DNA of 63,444 bases, counting the filler, from Reticulomyxa filosa (taxonomy: Eukaryota; Protista; Foraminifera): assembly GCA_000512085.1 (NCBI GenBank). It is 21 parts of 21 records of this genome, joined end to end, with 100 filler letters (N's around TTAATTAATTAA, not from the genome) between each part and the next. Parts side by side here need not be neighbours in the genome. Positions count along the whole stretch, not along the records: positions 62,206 to 63,444 come from ASPP01035438.1; 20 more parts are not named here. One strand, 5' to 3'. Below the pieces are notes generated by a model. It saw nothing but the letters and a program-made list of their open reading frames with translations, was not told where the DNA came from and did not search any database. Below are positions 62,384-63,444 of the stretch, one piece after another (the first letter of the stretch is position 1; each line of letters begins with the position of its first letter). Position numbers and translations under genes: made by a program.

Positions 62384-62872
62384 TTATTGATATTTGTGAT
62401 TATCATGGCAATTACAAATGAATGAATAATAAAACATACCTTTGAATTTATTCTCCTCATCGCTAGAAAAAGAAGAAGAGGAAGAATATGAATAATATTC
62501 ATTCTCTTCACTATTCTTATTAATTGTCACATTCTTTATCAATGCCTCAAGTGCAGGCAAAAGTTCTTTTTCTTCCCAGACATATTCATTATTGTGTCCC
62601 CATTTCGAACGAATTACTCGTTCTATTCGTGTTTTGATCGCATCCCAATGCGTAAACAGGAACAAATCTAATTGATACGATTGATACAAGTCTTTACATT
62701 TCTCAAATATTTGACCCATTGTCAGAGGCAGTTTTTTATTTTTCAAATTATAAAAACATTGTTCAACAAGCTTCTTTGCTATTTCTTCAGATTTGTCAAT
62801 CTTAAAGTCTTTATTTTTTGCAGCAAGATTTACCAAAACGAAAACATCATCGGAACTTATTTTGCTTTTCAT
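62384..62872 (-). CDS. Hypothetical eukaryotic protein exon
   Basis: 162-codon ORF ending in an intron-like tract; no recognised domain. Confidence 0.45.
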   Translation of the reverse strand: MKSKISSDDVFVLVNLAAKNKDFKIDKSEEIAKKLVEQCFYNLKNKKLPLTMGQIFEKCKDLYQSYQLDLFLFTHWDAIKTRIERVIRSKWGHNNEYVWEEKELLPALEALIKNVTINKNSEENEYYSYSSSSSFSSDEENKFKGMFYYSFICNCHDNHKYQ

Positions 62873-62896
62873 TTCCTTCTCTTTTGCTTATTTTGT

Positions 62897-63444
62897 TCAT
62901 TGTATTGTTATTTGTGATACCATTCTCTTTAAAAAGACTTCAAACAAAAGAAAAAAGAGCAAACTCGAAGAGCTCAAAATAAAGTCGATAAATTGAGATA
63001 TTTTTCCATTTTTAATAATTTCCAATGAACCTTCACATGCATCATATAGATCTTTCCAATGCTTGAATTTTCTTTCCATATTTCCTGTAATATGAACATA
63101 CATTACGTTGAAATTCCTTTTTTTTTTTTACTCCATCTCTGTACCCCTTTTTTTTAACGTATGATGATGTTATCCAAAATAACAATTCCCTTCGGATCGA
63201 CATTTGCCTTATATTGATTGATAGACTTTGAGTCCACCAAACATTGAAATTGATTTTCACGATAAGGCCATTCAATTACCATTAGCTTTTTTTCTTTTTC
63301 TCTTTCAATTATTAATTTAAAAAATTCTTGAATGATATCAAATGCAAGAATTGGAGTATTAATTGGTTGATGTGTCATTTTCAATTTCTCAAATAAATGA
63401 GCACAAATAATTTCCAAAGAGTTGTTTGAAAGGTGGTGTTTGCC
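62897..63444 (-). CDS. Hypothetical protein exons (partial)
   Basis: Collinear ORFs 63154-63417 and 62897-63103. Confidence 0.4.

Overview
This window is not contiguous DNA. It is 21 short contigs joined by an artificial 100-nt spacer (44 N + TTAATTAATTAA + 44 N), so nothing should be inferred from adjacency across spacers. At least three genomes are mixed. (1) Most contigs come from an AT-rich, intron-rich protist with GT-AG introns full of TA and poly-T microsatellites. The recurring 'I.III..W.R.L.IK.GWI.DF' + WD40 gene family suggests a foraminiferan such as Reticulomyxa (inference from recalled family features). Recognisable genes or fragments are RPB1 (with an 18-nt micro-exon), MED17, Rab7-like GTPase, CorA/Alr1 Mg transporter, Tudor-SN, ABCG transporter, UNC-93-like MFS, a VPS9 GEF, an INCENP IN-box gene, a Urc1/Urg1-like GTP-cyclohydrolase family gene, a multi-RPEL protein, BEACH-WD40, FN3-TLDc and several WD40 genes or pseudogenes. 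(2) Contig 1891-3005 is a betaproteobacterial (Neisseriales-like) rrn fragment: 16S 3' end, tRNA-Ile, tRNA-Ala, 23S 5' end. (3) Contig 9866-17738 is intron-less, AT-rich and bacterial, with plasmid genes like those of intracellular bacteria. Its parA + rep-like module is bracketed by a 29/30-identical 30-bp inverted repeat shaped like a serine-recombinase (hix-like) site. It also carries iteron-like repeats inside the rep gene, a truncated RepA_C gene, IS3 and IS607 remnants, and repeat-rich effector-like genes. This cassette is the most interesting item. Many frameshifts fall in homopolymer runs and may be sequencing errors. All protein calls rest on motif recognition by eye, not database searches.
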